64,000 bases of DNA from Candidatus Gottesmanbacteria bacterium (GCA_016186795.1 JACPKY010000001.1:65357-129356); one strand, 5' to 3'. Counted from the first letter of the stretch, positions 19,746-29,914 are shown. Made by a program: numbers and translations. Notes: generated by a model from the sequence alone, not told the origin.

Positions 19746-19961
19746 TTAGGTCTGACGAACTCGAACGTCAATCTGTGTCCACTTCGGATTCCACTCCTCG
19801 GAGAGTTCAGCGTAGCCGCCGATGATTTTTACTTTGGTATACTCTCTCGGCATTTTTGCACCTTGGTCGCTGGCTTTTTTGAGGATATCCGAAATCTTGT
19901 CACCCGTGGATGCATATACTTCCCACCGTTTACCGGCATTATCCACAATGGTAATTTCCAT
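19746..19961 (-). CDS. Small protein, possible beta-grasp (ubiquitin/TGS-like) fold
   Basis: AAAGGAGG SD; MEITIVDNAGKRWEVYASTGDKISDILKK pattern. Confidence 0.6.
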   Translation of the reverse strand: MEITIVDNAGKRWEVYASTGDKISDILKKASDQGAKMPREYTKVKIIGGYAELSEEWNPKWTQIDVRVRQT

Positions 19962-20253
19962 ATTGCCTCCTTTAGACTGTAAATCTTATCCTGCTTCCGC
20001 CCTTGAGAGGATTCTTACCCACTGTCACGGTTTCCCCAAGCAAGATGGTGTTGTGGGATACCAGTTGTCAAAAATGTGACACCTCGTACCCCACAACACT
20101 CCCCTGCAAGGAGAAAAGCTCTCTAAAATTTAAACGTGCGAATTCGAAGTTGGTTCAAAACTTCGATTAAGATAAACTGTTATAAGTCTTCCATTGACTT
20201 AGTGAAGTTCTTGATTTGAGAATAAAAACTCATTCTTCCTCAAGAACTATAGG

Positions 20254-20282
20254 ATTCTATCGCTCACTATTTTGTCTGTCAA
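20254..20282 (-). promoter_or_regulatory. Sigma70-type promoter driving a ~285-nt structured leader
   Basis: TTGACA-17-TAGAAT on minus strand. Confidence 0.7.
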
Positions 20283-20367
20283 ATATTATCAACATGAAAC
20301 CGTAATAACTCTTCTTTTTGAAGCTAAAATGCGTCAATATTTACTGTTGTGATATAATGACAACAAT

Positions 20368-21108
20368 ATGGAAGATTTCTTTCTTCGCTTCGGCCTGACC
20401 CAAAAAGAAAACACAGCCTTTCTGGAGTTGGTAAAGCTGGGTGCCTCTCCTATAAGCCTGTGGGCAAAACACGCCGGAATTCATCGCTCTTCGATGTATG
20501 TTCTTTTGGAAAGGCTAAAGTCAGAGGGACTTGTCACCACATTTATCCATAAAGGGGTGATGCACGTCCAGGCTATCCCAATGGCTGAGCTTTCTTCCCT
20601 TCTGTATGGCAAAGAACAAATTCTTGACCACACCAAAAACCTTCTTGAGAAATATTTACCTGACTTACAAAAGCTGGAAAAAACGTACGGAATTACTCCA
20701 AAAGTGAAATTTTACGAGGGAAAAAAGCGGGTCGAGGCAATGTACGAGGAGATTCTCAAAGAACGATCATTTAGAGCATTTTTCCACCCTGAGAGAGTCA
20801 AAAGCATGATGCCAGAGTATTTCCATAAGATTCCCCTCGCCATACGAGAAAATCACGGATCGGCACAAGAGCTCGTGATCCGCTGCAAAGAGGCTGACGA
20901 ATATATACGGTTATACCGGTCTGCCAACCATCAGATAGAACGTTTAGCTCCATCAATTACGTTCTCATCTGATACAATTATCACTAAACAGAAGATTTTT
21001 TTGGTCGGCTACTCCGAAAACGACGTCGTGGCAACAGAGATCTGGAATAAAGAACTTGCCCAAACCCAAGCAGTTTTGTTTGACTTGATTTGGTCAACGA
21101 TGACATAG
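20368..21108 (+). CDS. TrmB-family transcriptional regulator
   Basis: GLT.KE..AFL.L..LG, HRSSMY.LL..L...GLV, PKVKFYEG. Confidence 0.85.
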   Translation: MEDFFLRFGLTQKENTAFLELVKLGASPISLWAKHAGIHRSSMYVLLERLKSEGLVTTFIHKGVMHVQAIPMAELSSLLYGKEQILDHTKNLLEKYLPDLQKLEKTYGITPKVKFYEGKKRVEAMYEEILKERSFRAFFHPERVKSMMPEYFHKIPLAIRENHGSAQELVIRCKEADEYIRLYRSANHQIERLAPSITFSSDTIITKQKIFLVGYSENDVVATEIWNKELAQTQAVLFDLIWSTMT

Positions 21109-21111
21109 TCT

Positions 21112-21333
21112 ATGACAGAAGGCGTAGAAAGAATTGACCTATTTGCGATTCCCCAGCGGTACAGATACAACCCTTGGCTTGATGATGGGAGCGGAAATTT
21201 AAATGTCCGAAGCGATGTTCGCCCTAGCACCTTTGAATCTCGCTTTAAAGGACTTAACGAAAGAAACGCGATTGAAGGAAGCGGAAAAATATGCAAAGCT
21301 TGCGGGTTTTGCAACACTACAAGATTTTATTGA
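21112..21333 (+). CDS. Small hypothetical protein with C-terminal CxxC
   Basis: ATG 3 nt after TrmB stop; ICKACGF. Confidence 0.4.
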   Translation: MTEGVERIDLFAIPQRYRYNPWLDDGSGNLNVRSDVRPSTFESRFKGLNERNAIEGSGKICKACGFCNTTRFY

Positions 21334-21356
21334 TTCACAGGGATAAACTGATTGTA

Positions 21357-21626
21357 TTACCCATACAATTCTTCGTGCGTTCCCAGTAGAACAAAGTAAG
21401 CAACTACTTCATCTCCAACCCATATCTCTTTATAGATTGCTCGGTAATCTGAGGTGATATTTATACTTCTTTGACTCGAATATTCTCGATGGAGTAAGTG
21501 ATTATTTAGTTGAGGATCGTATGGATTTTTTGAAAAAAGTTTTATCCTCTCTCTTACTAATATTCTAATTCTGACGTCTACTTTTTTGAGTTTTTCATAA
21601 AACTCAGGGTCAAAAGCGACATTCAT
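21357..21626 (-). CDS. RelE/YafQ-family toxin
   Basis: F..NPYDPQL.NH.L, SINITSDYRAIY, GTHEELYG. Confidence 0.88.
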   Translation of the reverse strand: MNVAFDPEFYEKLKKVDVRIRILVRERIKLFSKNPYDPQLNNHLLHREYSSQRSINITSDYRAIYKEIWVGDEVVAYFVLLGTHEELYG

Positions 21627-21907
21627 ATTCCCTGTTTGTCTAACCATGCAACTGCCTCTTTTCCAGTTTTAAAAATTGGAGAGTGTTTTCCCTCTTTCCA
21701 ATTCTTTTCTGCTTGTTTTAAGATGGCACGCGTTTTTTTATTGGGAATTTCGGGAGTAGTAGTGAAAGTAACCGTTTTTGTTTTGACAAGCTGGCGAAGA
21801 TACGCATTGACCAAAGAGCTCAAACTAAATCCCAACTCTTTGGCAATCTTTTGGGCTTTGGCTTTTATCTGCGGTTCTGTTTTGGTGATAATGACTGCGG
21901 TATTCAT
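21623..21907 (-). CDS. RelB/DinJ-family antitoxin
   Basis: K.KAQKIAKELGFSLSSLVNAYLRQ, EIPN. Confidence 0.88.
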   Translation of the reverse strand: MNTAVIITKTEPQIKAKAQKIAKELGFSLSSLVNAYLRQLVKTKTVTFTTTPEIPNKKTRAILKQAEKNWKEGKHSPIFKTGKEAVAWLDKQGI

Positions 21908-22022
21908 ATATACAAAGTATATATAATGTATAAATACTTGTCAAGAAGTGTTGATGTGTACCAGACTGAAAGCGATTGCGTGAAGGCCCCTCGCCTTCAA
22001 GTCTGGTACACATGCGATGCGA

Positions 22023-22880
22023 TTACTGCGTCGGCAGGACTTCGAAATCGGAGACGACTTTTACGAACTGGAGATAGTTTGGCTGGGTATAGTGCCAGAA
22101 GGCGACATACCCTTCCAAACGGCACGGACCGGAAAAATCGTCCGGCACCTGAAACTCCAGGTGGAATTCGGTATAGGTAATTCGGATCCCACCGCCCCAG
22201 TGGTTGATCAGCTTCAATCCACAGCTGCTCTCAAACGAGTTCCCCGCCGGACGTTCAAAATTCACTAGATGACGAATATTTGTCAGTTGCCCTGAGGGGA
22301 GCAAAAGTCCGATATCCGTCAGTTCCGCCGGGCTTTTGGCGACGATGCCAAACGAAGCGGTCAATCCTTGGTATGCTGGCGGATTGAACCACATTTCGGC
22401 GCTGGGCGGCTCGGTGCCTTGGACAATCTTGATCGATCGCGTCCTATGCTTGGTCTGCCCATTGATCTCGCCTTTCACGTCGAGTAATTTGAATGTCCCC
22501 AAACGCCGACCGCTTTTGAGCGTAAACAAGAGCGTCGTGTAATCGCCGGGCAAAATGTCACCCGTCCACAGATAGCGGCATCTTTTCGCACACCCAAGGG
22601 AACTCACGGTGCTGTTTCCAGATACCAGAACACCAGGTTCTTGCTTATTTGTCGCCCGACCTCCGACGACCACCTGCAGTTCAAAGTGCATCGGCTTGTT
22701 AGTCTCGTTTCGAACCATAGCACCAGCGCTGAAAGGGACCCACCCGAAAATCACTTTAGGCGGGATTTCGAAAGCAATCGAACCATCCGGCGCGGCGCTG
22801 GCGGGGGTGCTGCCCACGAGCAAAAGCGCGAGCGCAATCGAAACGAACAGCACGAACATTGCAAAACGTAGCGTTTTCAT
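22023..22880 (-). CDS. Secreted beta-rich hypothetical protein
   Basis: Signal peptide ending PASA; AGGAGG SD; visibly higher GC than flanks. Confidence 0.75.
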   Translation of the reverse strand: MKTLRFAMFVLFVSIALALLLVGSTPASAAPDGSIAFEIPPKVIFGWVPFSAGAMVRNETNKPMHFELQVVVGGRATNKQEPGVLVSGNSTVSSLGCAKRCRYLWTGDILPGDYTTLLFTLKSGRRLGTFKLLDVKGEINGQTKHRTRSIKIVQGTEPPSAEMWFNPPAYQGLTASFGIVAKSPAELTDIGLLLPSGQLTNIRHLVNFERPAGNSFESSCGLKLINHWGGGIRITYTEFHLEFQVPDDFSGPCRLEGYVAFWHYTQPNYLQFVKVVSDFEVLPTQ

Positions 22881-23370
22881 TTTTTGCCTCCTGGCTGAAT
22901 TTGGTGCAAATTACACCTGATTTGAGACGTACGATCGAAAAAACGCGGAGTGAACTGACGGATGTTTCACCTCCTAAAAAATTTCTACGGACTTCAATTG
23001 ATGCAGAAAAGATTTGCATCAAATCAATCCGTAGAAACTAGAACTCATCTCATAAGCTGCTTTCGTTGCGAAAGACGGATTCTATAATCGCATCTTGTAA
23101 AAGAGCTCCGCCTCTTCGGCGGATAAATCTATTTGCCAACAAAAAAGAAGTGTTGCATATAACACTTCCCTCTATGGGCAAATGGTCCTCTTTATAGCAT
23201 AATCCCAATGGAATGTCAATCACTATAGGATATCTATTTGAATATCCACATCACTTCTGATAGGATCGCCTCAATCTTGTGACTTTTCTCACAGGCGAGA
23301 AACAGTCGCTCTTTTTAGTTTAATCTTCAGAGCGTCCTATCGGGAATCAAAAAGGAAAGGAAATCGGTCA

Positions 23371-23712
23371 ATGAAAACAGGAACTTCAGCTCGACCAAGA
23401 TCTCCGTCGCCGACCGGAATTTTGCTCAGACTTATTCAGGAACGAGCAAAAAGAGAGATAAAAGTCCGAACAGACATTTTGGTCATAACAGTGAAACTCA
23501 GCGTTCCATGGGAGGTGGTAAAAAGATTGATTGAGCGTACCGATTTGAGATATTCGATAATTATTCTCCAAGGAATTCATCGGTACAACGTTCCCCATCT
23601 CATTCTTGTTGCAGGGTCAAGAGAAACCTTGATGCAAGAATGGGAAAGACGAAAATCAGAGTTCAATCAAAAGGGTTATAACATCCATAACCCCACATCC
23701 AAGTATTTTTAG
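23371..23712 (+). CDS. Hypothetical protein (paralog A)
   Basis: Purine-rich SD; TTGAAT-17-TAGGAT promoter at 23238-23266. Confidence 0.7.
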   Translation: MKTGTSARPRSPSPTGILLRLIQERAKREIKVRTDILVITVKLSVPWEVVKRLIERTDLRYSIIILQGIHRYNVPHLILVAGSRETLMQEWERRKSEFNQKGYNIHNPTSKYF

Positions 23713-23725
23713 AAGGAGGACTTCC

Positions 23726-24076
23726 ATGTTCGCAACTGATAATCTCATCAGGCAGATTGTCCCGCGAATGCAAGCTAGTCTTACCAAGCCGACCTCTTTT
23801 CTCAAAGTTGAGGTTCCGGTGACGATGGCTGACTATCCAGCAGTACGGGGACTGCTTGTCCGCGGGGAAATGCCCGTATATATCATAACCCTTCAAGGCT
23901 GGGACCATCCCCGAGTGAGGCAACCTCATGTCGTTTTGATGGCGCACACCGAAGCGGGTATCATTGGTGCCATCGATAAACATTTCGATGCGCTACGGGC
24001 ACAAGGGTATGAATTCAAAACGCAAACAAAACCGGCAATGATTGCGTATATAAAAACCCGAAAGATTGCCGGCTAG
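23726..24076 (+). CDS. Hypothetical protein (paralog B)
   Basis: AAGGAGG SD; shares II.LQG...PH..L.A...GY with previous ORF. Confidence 0.7.
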   Translation: MFATDNLIRQIVPRMQASLTKPTSFLKVEVPVTMADYPAVRGLLVRGEMPVYIITLQGWDHPRVRQPHVVLMAHTEAGIIGAIDKHFDALRAQGYEFKTQTKPAMIAYIKTRKIAG

Positions 24077-24390
24077 ATTCTTGACGACTCGGTGTGTAAT
24101 ACACCAACCAATTTGCATACCGAGTCGTCTCCATTCAATCCACTCTTTCATTCACTCCCTTTTCTTTGATCTACATTACAATCTTGATATAATACCCATC
24201 TTCACAATAAATGAACTCCAGATATATGATTTTGGACAGTTTATTTGTTGTGAAAATTTTTGTACGTTAACAACTTGCGAAATGAATCTATAAGCGTGGT
24301 TGTTGGCGGAATATCTGCAAATTTTGTAGCTATCCTGTCAACAATCATGCACTCCGTTGACAAATCCAAAATTCCTTAAGGAGGACCCAC

Positions 24391-25236
24391 ATGTTCTACA
24401 CGTTTGCATTCCTGTTCATTTTCGCACTAGCGGCGTACGTGCTGTCTATCCGCTACATCGAGCAGCACCCAGGAGAAAGTGGCATGCTCACATTTCCCAA
24501 ATTTGGGATCGAGGGAGAGAGCAGCTGGAAGGGAGCCGCGACGTTTGGAATTCTGCTTCTGATAGTTCTCATCGTCGGGGTTGTCATCATGACGGTACTG
24601 ACCAAGATCGTCAGTCTCTTTAACGCATTCTTTGCCCTCATGATGATTTCCATGTCGCTGCTTTTTGTCAGCGACTACAGTAATAGCATGGCAAAACTCG
24701 TGCGCCATCGGACATTCGGGCTGATCATCCAAATCGGTCTGGCATTGTTTTTGGGACTAGGATGGTTGATTGCGCCATCCTGGCCTACGTATGATGTCGC
24801 CGCGTTCATTGCCATCTATGTGATACTGCGGAACATCGGCCCAGTAAGACTACGATATCTTTTACTGGGATTTGCCGGAATAATGATCTATGATGTCTGG
24901 GGCGTTTTGGGATCGGGACTCATAAGCGGAATCGTTATGGGGAAAACCCTCCCCCCGCTCCTGATTCTTGTTCCTGATAATCTGTTCTCGGTGAAATCCC
25001 AGGTATCATATCTCCTCGGCGCCGGAGATCTGCTTGTCGGAGGAATCGCCGTTATGACAGCCCGAAAGTACCACATCGAGAAGTACGTTTTCCTAGGATT
25101 TGCGGTGGGATTATTCTTGGCGCCGGTTGTGACCATGTTCATCCGCGTCGTACCGGCAACGGTTCCTATTGCCATTCCGGTCTTGATTGCTTTCCTCATT
25201 GCAATGAGGATTAAAAAAATCAGCCCCGAGTGGTAA
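24391..25236 (+). CDS. Presenilin/signal-peptide-peptidase-like GxGD intramembrane aspartyl protease
   Basis: Multi-TM; IYDV, LGAGDL and VPAT (PAL-like) motifs in canonical order. Confidence 0.82.
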   Translation: MFYTFAFLFIFALAAYVLSIRYIEQHPGESGMLTFPKFGIEGESSWKGAATFGILLLIVLIVGVVIMTVLTKIVSLFNAFFALMMISMSLLFVSDYSNSMAKLVRHRTFGLIIQIGLALFLGLGWLIAPSWPTYDVAAFIAIYVILRNIGPVRLRYLLLGFAGIMIYDVWGVLGSGLISGIVMGKTLPPLLILVPDNLFSVKSQVSYLLGAGDLLVGGIAVMTARKYHIEKYVFLGFAVGLFLAPVVTMFIRVVPATVPIAIPVLIAFLIAMRIKKISPEW

Positions 25237-25341
25237 TAAAAAAGGAGGAAATCATTTCGCAAGGAAAAGAGCAAAGGTGCTGGGTTGGCTTATCCAACTC
25301 GTTGTTAAAACCCAGTACCTTTGCTCTGATATAATCTCCTT

Positions 25342-25770
25342 ATGAATACTTCACCAACTACACATAAATTTGTCGCAGTCCTGAATAAAAAGATTGAAAT
25401 TGGGAAACTTGTAAATGCCTTGGGCCACATGGCAGCAGGACTCTCCTCTCTTATTCCTGATAAAGTTTCCATGCGTTTTGACACGTACATAGATAAAAGC
25501 GGAAGTGAACACAAAAATATTTCAGATAATCCATTTATTATCCTCGCAGCAGATAACTCCAATCAAATAAGAACACTTCGAAACGAGCTTATTGCGCTAC
25601 AAATCCCTTTTACTGATTTCACAAACACGATGACCGTTGGAACATTTTTGGAACAAAAACAGAAAACGCGTGAAACACCGGAACTAGAGCTGGAATACTA
25701 CGGCATCTGCTTTTTTGGGGAAATTACCCAACTTTCCGATCTTACTCGAAAATTTTCCCTGTGGAGATAA
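25342..25770 (+). CDS. DUF2000-family protein
   Basis: KFVAVLNKK...NALGH, ELEYYGIC.FG..LTRKFSLWR. Confidence 0.75.
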   Translation: MNTSPTTHKFVAVLNKKIEIGKLVNALGHMAAGLSSLIPDKVSMRFDTYIDKSGSEHKNISDNPFIILAADNSNQIRTLRNELIALQIPFTDFTNTMTVGTFLEQKQKTRETPELELEYYGICFFGEITQLSDLTRKFSLWR

Positions 25771-25825
25771 TTTTTCAGAGAATCCCATTGACAGGGATAG
25801 GAAGACTCTCTATGCTGAGAGTATT

Positions 25826-26626
25826 ATGGCCTCATCAGCAGAAAAAATTCCTTCAGATCTCTACCCAACACTGAAAATTACCCGCATCAAAAATCCAAAC
25901 AAATTTTATGCAATCCCTCTACTTGGTTTTTTGGTAAAAATTATTATCCTTCTTCCTGTGTATATCGTCTTTGCTATTTACGGAGTTGCACTCTTCCTTA
26001 TCCTTGCAATAAATTCGTTTTATATCCTTTTTACTGGCAAATTTTGGAAAAGCGCATATGACTTTGAACTCGGATTCATGCGCTATACCGCAAAATTGTA
26101 CTTTTTCTTTTTCGGACTAACTGACACGTATCCTGGTTTTGACTTCACCATCCATGACTCATATACTTTGGATATTCACTATCCCAAAAATCCCAGTCGC
26201 TTTTTTGCCATACCGATCCTGGGGGGAATTGTCCGGATGATTCTCCTTGTGCCATATTTTATCTTCGAACAGGTCGTGAGCACCGGCGGATTTATTGGTG
26301 TTGTTGTATCATTCTATAGAGTGTTAACAAAAGGAGAATATCCCGAAAGCACCTTTGAATTGGCACGCGACTCAGTCCGTATCCGAGAAGCTGCCGGAGC
26401 CTACATGATGGGACTATCAGACTCCTACCCAAGTTTCTGGATTTCCTTCAATCACAAAAATATAAAAATCGCCCTCATCATCGCAGGTATCGTTGTAAGC
26501 TTCGGAAACTGGACCAATCAAGATTTCTTCCACAATCAGTACGAGTACGATAGCAAATATCGTGATGAAAAACCTTTCTATGTCCCCAACCTTGAAGGAA
26601 GAGACCGAGGAATTCGTGCTTTGTAA
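25826..26626 (+). CDS. DUF4389-like membrane protein (internal duplication)
   Basis: Two repeats NP..F.AIP.LG...GL.D.YP.F. Confidence 0.75.
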   Translation: MASSAEKIPSDLYPTLKITRIKNPNKFYAIPLLGFLVKIIILLPVYIVFAIYGVALFLILAINSFYILFTGKFWKSAYDFELGFMRYTAKLYFFFFGLTDTYPGFDFTIHDSYTLDIHYPKNPSRFFAIPILGGIVRMILLVPYFIFEQVVSTGGFIGVVVSFYRVLTKGEYPESTFELARDSVRIREAAGAYMMGLSDSYPSFWISFNHKNIKIALIIAGIVVSFGNWTNQDFFHNQYEYDSKYRDEKPFYVPNLEGRDRGIRAL

Positions 26627-26694
26627 CGTATTTTGGTTTAGGTTCTGGTAAATTTTCCCTTGCAATTCCCATTTTTTTATGATGTACTATTCCC

Positions 26695-27423
26695 ATGACT
26701 CCTGCCCAAGATAAAACTCAAAACCAACCATCGACTCTCCCACCCACTCCACCGCAAGTACCCACTCCACCTCCAATTGATCCACTCACTTCACCAATCT
26801 CACAATCACCAAGTCAAGCCCCACAAGTAAACGAACCAGGTATTCCCCTTCATCATGATACTTTGGGTGAAACCACGTCTCAAACTCCTCCAGTCTCACA
26901 ATCTGAACCTCTCCAAAGGGCAGTTCCACCAATTCCACCCTCAACAATTGCATCTCCGCCACCAAAAGACGAATCCATGCCTCATCCGCCACCATCAGCT
27001 CCACCTTTCGAGACTCCTCCATCACCTCCGCCGCCGCCTCCACCGCCACCAGGAGTTCCTCCTCCGCCGGTTATCGCAAATCCCAATGCGTATGGAAGTA
27101 AATTCCCGCATATGTTTGTCACCATCCTTATCGCTATCGTCATGCTTGGATTTTCTGGATCATTCCTCTACTTCCAATTGGTTCGTTCAAAACCAAATGT
27201 CACCAAACCTGCCATCACTCCTCCGGTATCCATACCGGTTGAACCATCAATCACCCCAGTGGTAAACCCATTTGCCACATCATCTGCTGAACTTGAAAAT
27301 CCATTCGCTACACCTTCTGCTGCAGTTGAAAATCCATTTGGACAAGCAGAAAATCCCTTTGAGCAATTTTCCGAAAGCACCAATTCCGGATCAGCACCCT
27401 ATACAAATCCATTTGCGCAGTAA
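26695..27423 (+). CDS. Proline-rich single-pass membrane protein with C-terminal NPF repeats
   Basis: Poly-Pro N-terminus, TM, five NPF motifs. Confidence 0.8.
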   Translation: MTPAQDKTQNQPSTLPPTPPQVPTPPPIDPLTSPISQSPSQAPQVNEPGIPLHHDTLGETTSQTPPVSQSEPLQRAVPPIPPSTIASPPPKDESMPHPPPSAPPFETPPSPPPPPPPPPGVPPPPVIANPNAYGSKFPHMFVTILIAIVMLGFSGSFLYFQLVRSKPNVTKPAITPPVSIPVEPSITPVVNPFATSSAELENPFATPSAAVENPFGQAENPFEQFSESTNSGSAPYTNPFAQ

Positions 27424-27429
27424 CTTCGT

Positions 27430-28671
27430 ATGCAAAAAAAAATTACAACAATTCTTATCATCGTTATTTCCTTTTTTTTCCTAAGTCTTTTCGCCCCCTC
27501 AAATACGTCGGCACAGTACGTCCGGTTCCCGATTCCTGAACTTGGCTACTGTGAGGATCCAATCAGCTGTTATGATTTCTGTCAAATTCCAGAAAATTCT
27601 CCCGCTTGTTGGTCGTATGGGAAGTTTATCCTTAAAAAAAATGTCCTTGGAGAAGAAACGGAAACTCCGGAAGAAAAGGCAAGAAAAGCGGGAATTACTT
27701 TTCCTGTTGCGGAACTTGGGAATTGTACGGATGCAAAGTCTTGTATGGCCTACTGTAATGAGCCGGACCACTACGAAGCATGCAGTCAGTTTGCCCAAAA
27801 ACACGGTCTTAGGAAAAACGAAGATAACCAAAATGAGCCAAATCAGAAAATTCTCCAAGCTGCTGCCACTGAGCTAGGCTGTACCACTCCTGATGCATGC
27901 AAAGCTTTTTGCCAACGGGAAGAAAACGCAACGAAATGTAGTGAGTTTGGAGAAAAACATAAGCTCATCCAGTCAAAAAATAAGGTCACACGAGAGGTTA
28001 TTGCAAAAGCAAAACAAGAGCTCGGGTGCAACTCTGAATCCTCATGTCGAACCATTTGTAGTCAGGTAGAAAATCAGGAAAAATGCATGGCGTTTGGGAA
28101 GAAAGTTGGACTTGTAGAAGAAGAGAAATTCCAAAAATTTCAGGAAAACCAACAGGATCAGATGCGGACTTTAGAAAAAGCAAAACAGGAGCTTGGATGC
28201 GACTCGAGAGAATCTTGCAGTAATTTTTGTGAAAGAGAGGAAAATAAAGATAAATGCATACGGCTTCATGAAAGTGTGAGCCGGGACGATCGCGAAGGAA
28301 AAAATACAATCCAATCGGAAAATCGAGGTCCGTCAGAAAACCAAGGTCCATCCGAAAACCAGGGTCCAAGTGATAAGCGACCAGTTCAGACAAATCAATC
28401 CAGAGGTTCCGATACTCAAGGCTGCAAAACAGAAGCAGAATGCAAGGCAATTTGCGAAAAAAACCCAGATAAATGTCCCGGATTTTCCGAGTCTTCCTCA
28501 AAGATGGGAAAATCAAGCGCTGGATTTGAGGCCATTCGAGTCAAGGAAGAAGAAGAATTACGACGACAAAAAGGAAATAGTCCAAACGATTCACCTCGGG
28601 AGATTCCCAATCAGGAAAAACCAAAAGAAAATACTTCAACCAATACGTCGAATGGTGGATTCCCTCAATAA
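27430..28671 (+). CDS. Secreted Cys-repeat protein
   Basis: Signal peptide; repeats ELG.C.....C..FC...EN..KC..F; 18-bp ENQGPS x3 near 28320. Confidence 0.8.
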   Translation: MQKKITTILIIVISFFFLSLFAPSNTSAQYVRFPIPELGYCEDPISCYDFCQIPENSPACWSYGKFILKKNVLGEETETPEEKARKAGITFPVAELGNCTDAKSCMAYCNEPDHYEACSQFAQKHGLRKNEDNQNEPNQKILQAAATELGCTTPDACKAFCQREENATKCSEFGEKHKLIQSKNKVTREVIAKAKQELGCNSESSCRTICSQVENQEKCMAFGKKVGLVEEEKFQKFQENQQDQMRTLEKAKQELGCDSRESCSNFCEREENKDKCIRLHESVSRDDREGKNTIQSENRGPSENQGPSENQGPSDKRPVQTNQSRGSDTQGCKTEAECKAICEKNPDKCPGFSESSSKMGKSSAGFEAIRVKEEEELRRQKGNSPNDSPREIPNQEKPKENTSTNTSNGGFPQ

Positions 28672-28694
28672 TGTGAAATTGGGGCTTTCTTCCT

Positions 28695-29339
28695 ATGAAC
28701 CAAGATTCCTCTGCTCACATTCTCCTTCTTACCCTTCTGATTGTCATCACGATTAATCTCTTTATCCTTGATATTAAAATTTTTACACCAGCTGCCACCA
28801 GGTTTTCCGATATTAGTACGACTATTGTCCCAACTGCTCCTGTCGTATCGGCAGATGCAAATGAAAATAGCTGCCCGGCAAGTTGTGTAGGACTTATTCA
28901 AAATATCCAAACCTCTCAAACAAGTGCTGAATTGCCAATTCAATCCCAGACATCCTCCCAACTTCCCACAACTCGTGAATACTACATCCCTCTTGGGAGC
29001 GGATCAACCCAAAATACCCAGTGGGAAGATCTCACGACCACCGAAACGCTTATCGATACCGCTCTCTATGGGACAGTGAAAGAAGCGTATTTTATCGCTG
29101 CCCTTTCTAATCCTACGCAAAATGGCATTATCGAGGCTCAACTGTATAATGCGACTGATAAACATGCAGTATGGAATTCAAAAGTCACTATGAACGGTCC
29201 GTCATCACAGACCATCTCTTCAGGCTCGATAACGCTTGATGCTGGATCCAAACTTTACCGAGTTCAGCTTAAAAGCGGACTGGGATTTTCTGCATCTGTC
29301 ACTTCGGCAAAGATTAGAATTGTGACAACCCAGTGGTAA
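28695..29339 (+). CDS. Membrane-anchored hypothetical protein
   Basis: TM, CPASC, beta-rich C-terminus. Confidence 0.7.
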   Translation: MNQDSSAHILLLTLLIVITINLFILDIKIFTPAATRFSDISTTIVPTAPVVSADANENSCPASCVGLIQNIQTSQTSAELPIQSQTSSQLPTTREYYIPLGSGSTQNTQWEDLTTTETLIDTALYGTVKEAYFIAALSNPTQNGIIEAQLYNATDKHAVWNSKVTMNGPSSQTISSGSITLDAGSKLYRVQLKSGLGFSASVTSAKIRIVTTQW

Positions 29340-29914
29340 AAATCCATTTTCCATTCTGGGAAATCCTTCTTATTTCTTTTTTGATTTCCCTCGGATTATT
29401 TTTACTGTATAGCAGCATTTCCACCTCTCCTTCCCCCACCATTCCATTGCCTTCGCCAACGCTTTCTCCTCCACTATCCCAATTCCCCTCCCTTTCTCCA
29501 ACACCTCATGATACTTTGGAGACAGCTACCGTCGGTCGTATTGTTGATGGCGATACCATTGAACTTACCGACGGACGAAAAGTTCGATATATAGGGATCG
29601 ATACTCCTGAATCGAAAGATCCACGATCTCCCGTTGAGTGTTTTGGACAAAAAGCTTCGGAGAAAAATGCAGAACTAGTTTTGGATAAAGAAATTACGAT
29701 GGAGAAAGATATTTCGGATAAAGACTCTTTTGGAAGACTGCTACGGTATGTTTTTGTTGGTGATGTATTTATAAATGACTACCTTGTCCGCCAAGGGTAT
29801 GCGCAGATAAGTATCTACCCCCCAGATGTGAAGTATCAAGACGAATTTCTTGCCTCACAACAAGAAGCCAGGGAGAATAATCGAGGATTGTGGAAGGAAT
29901 GCACCAATAGTTAA
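29333..29914 (+). CDS. Thermonuclease (SNase) family
   Basis: RIVDGDTI, VRYIGIDTPE, D.FGRLLRYV, RGLW. Confidence 0.93.
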   Translation: MVKIHFPFWEILLISFLISLGLFLLYSSISTSPSPTIPLPSPTLSPPLSQFPSLSPTPHDTLETATVGRIVDGDTIELTDGRKVRYIGIDTPESKDPRSPVECFGQKASEKNAELVLDKEITMEKDISDKDSFGRLLRYVFVGDVFINDYLVRQGYAQISIYPPDVKYQDEFLASQQEARENNRGLWKECTNS

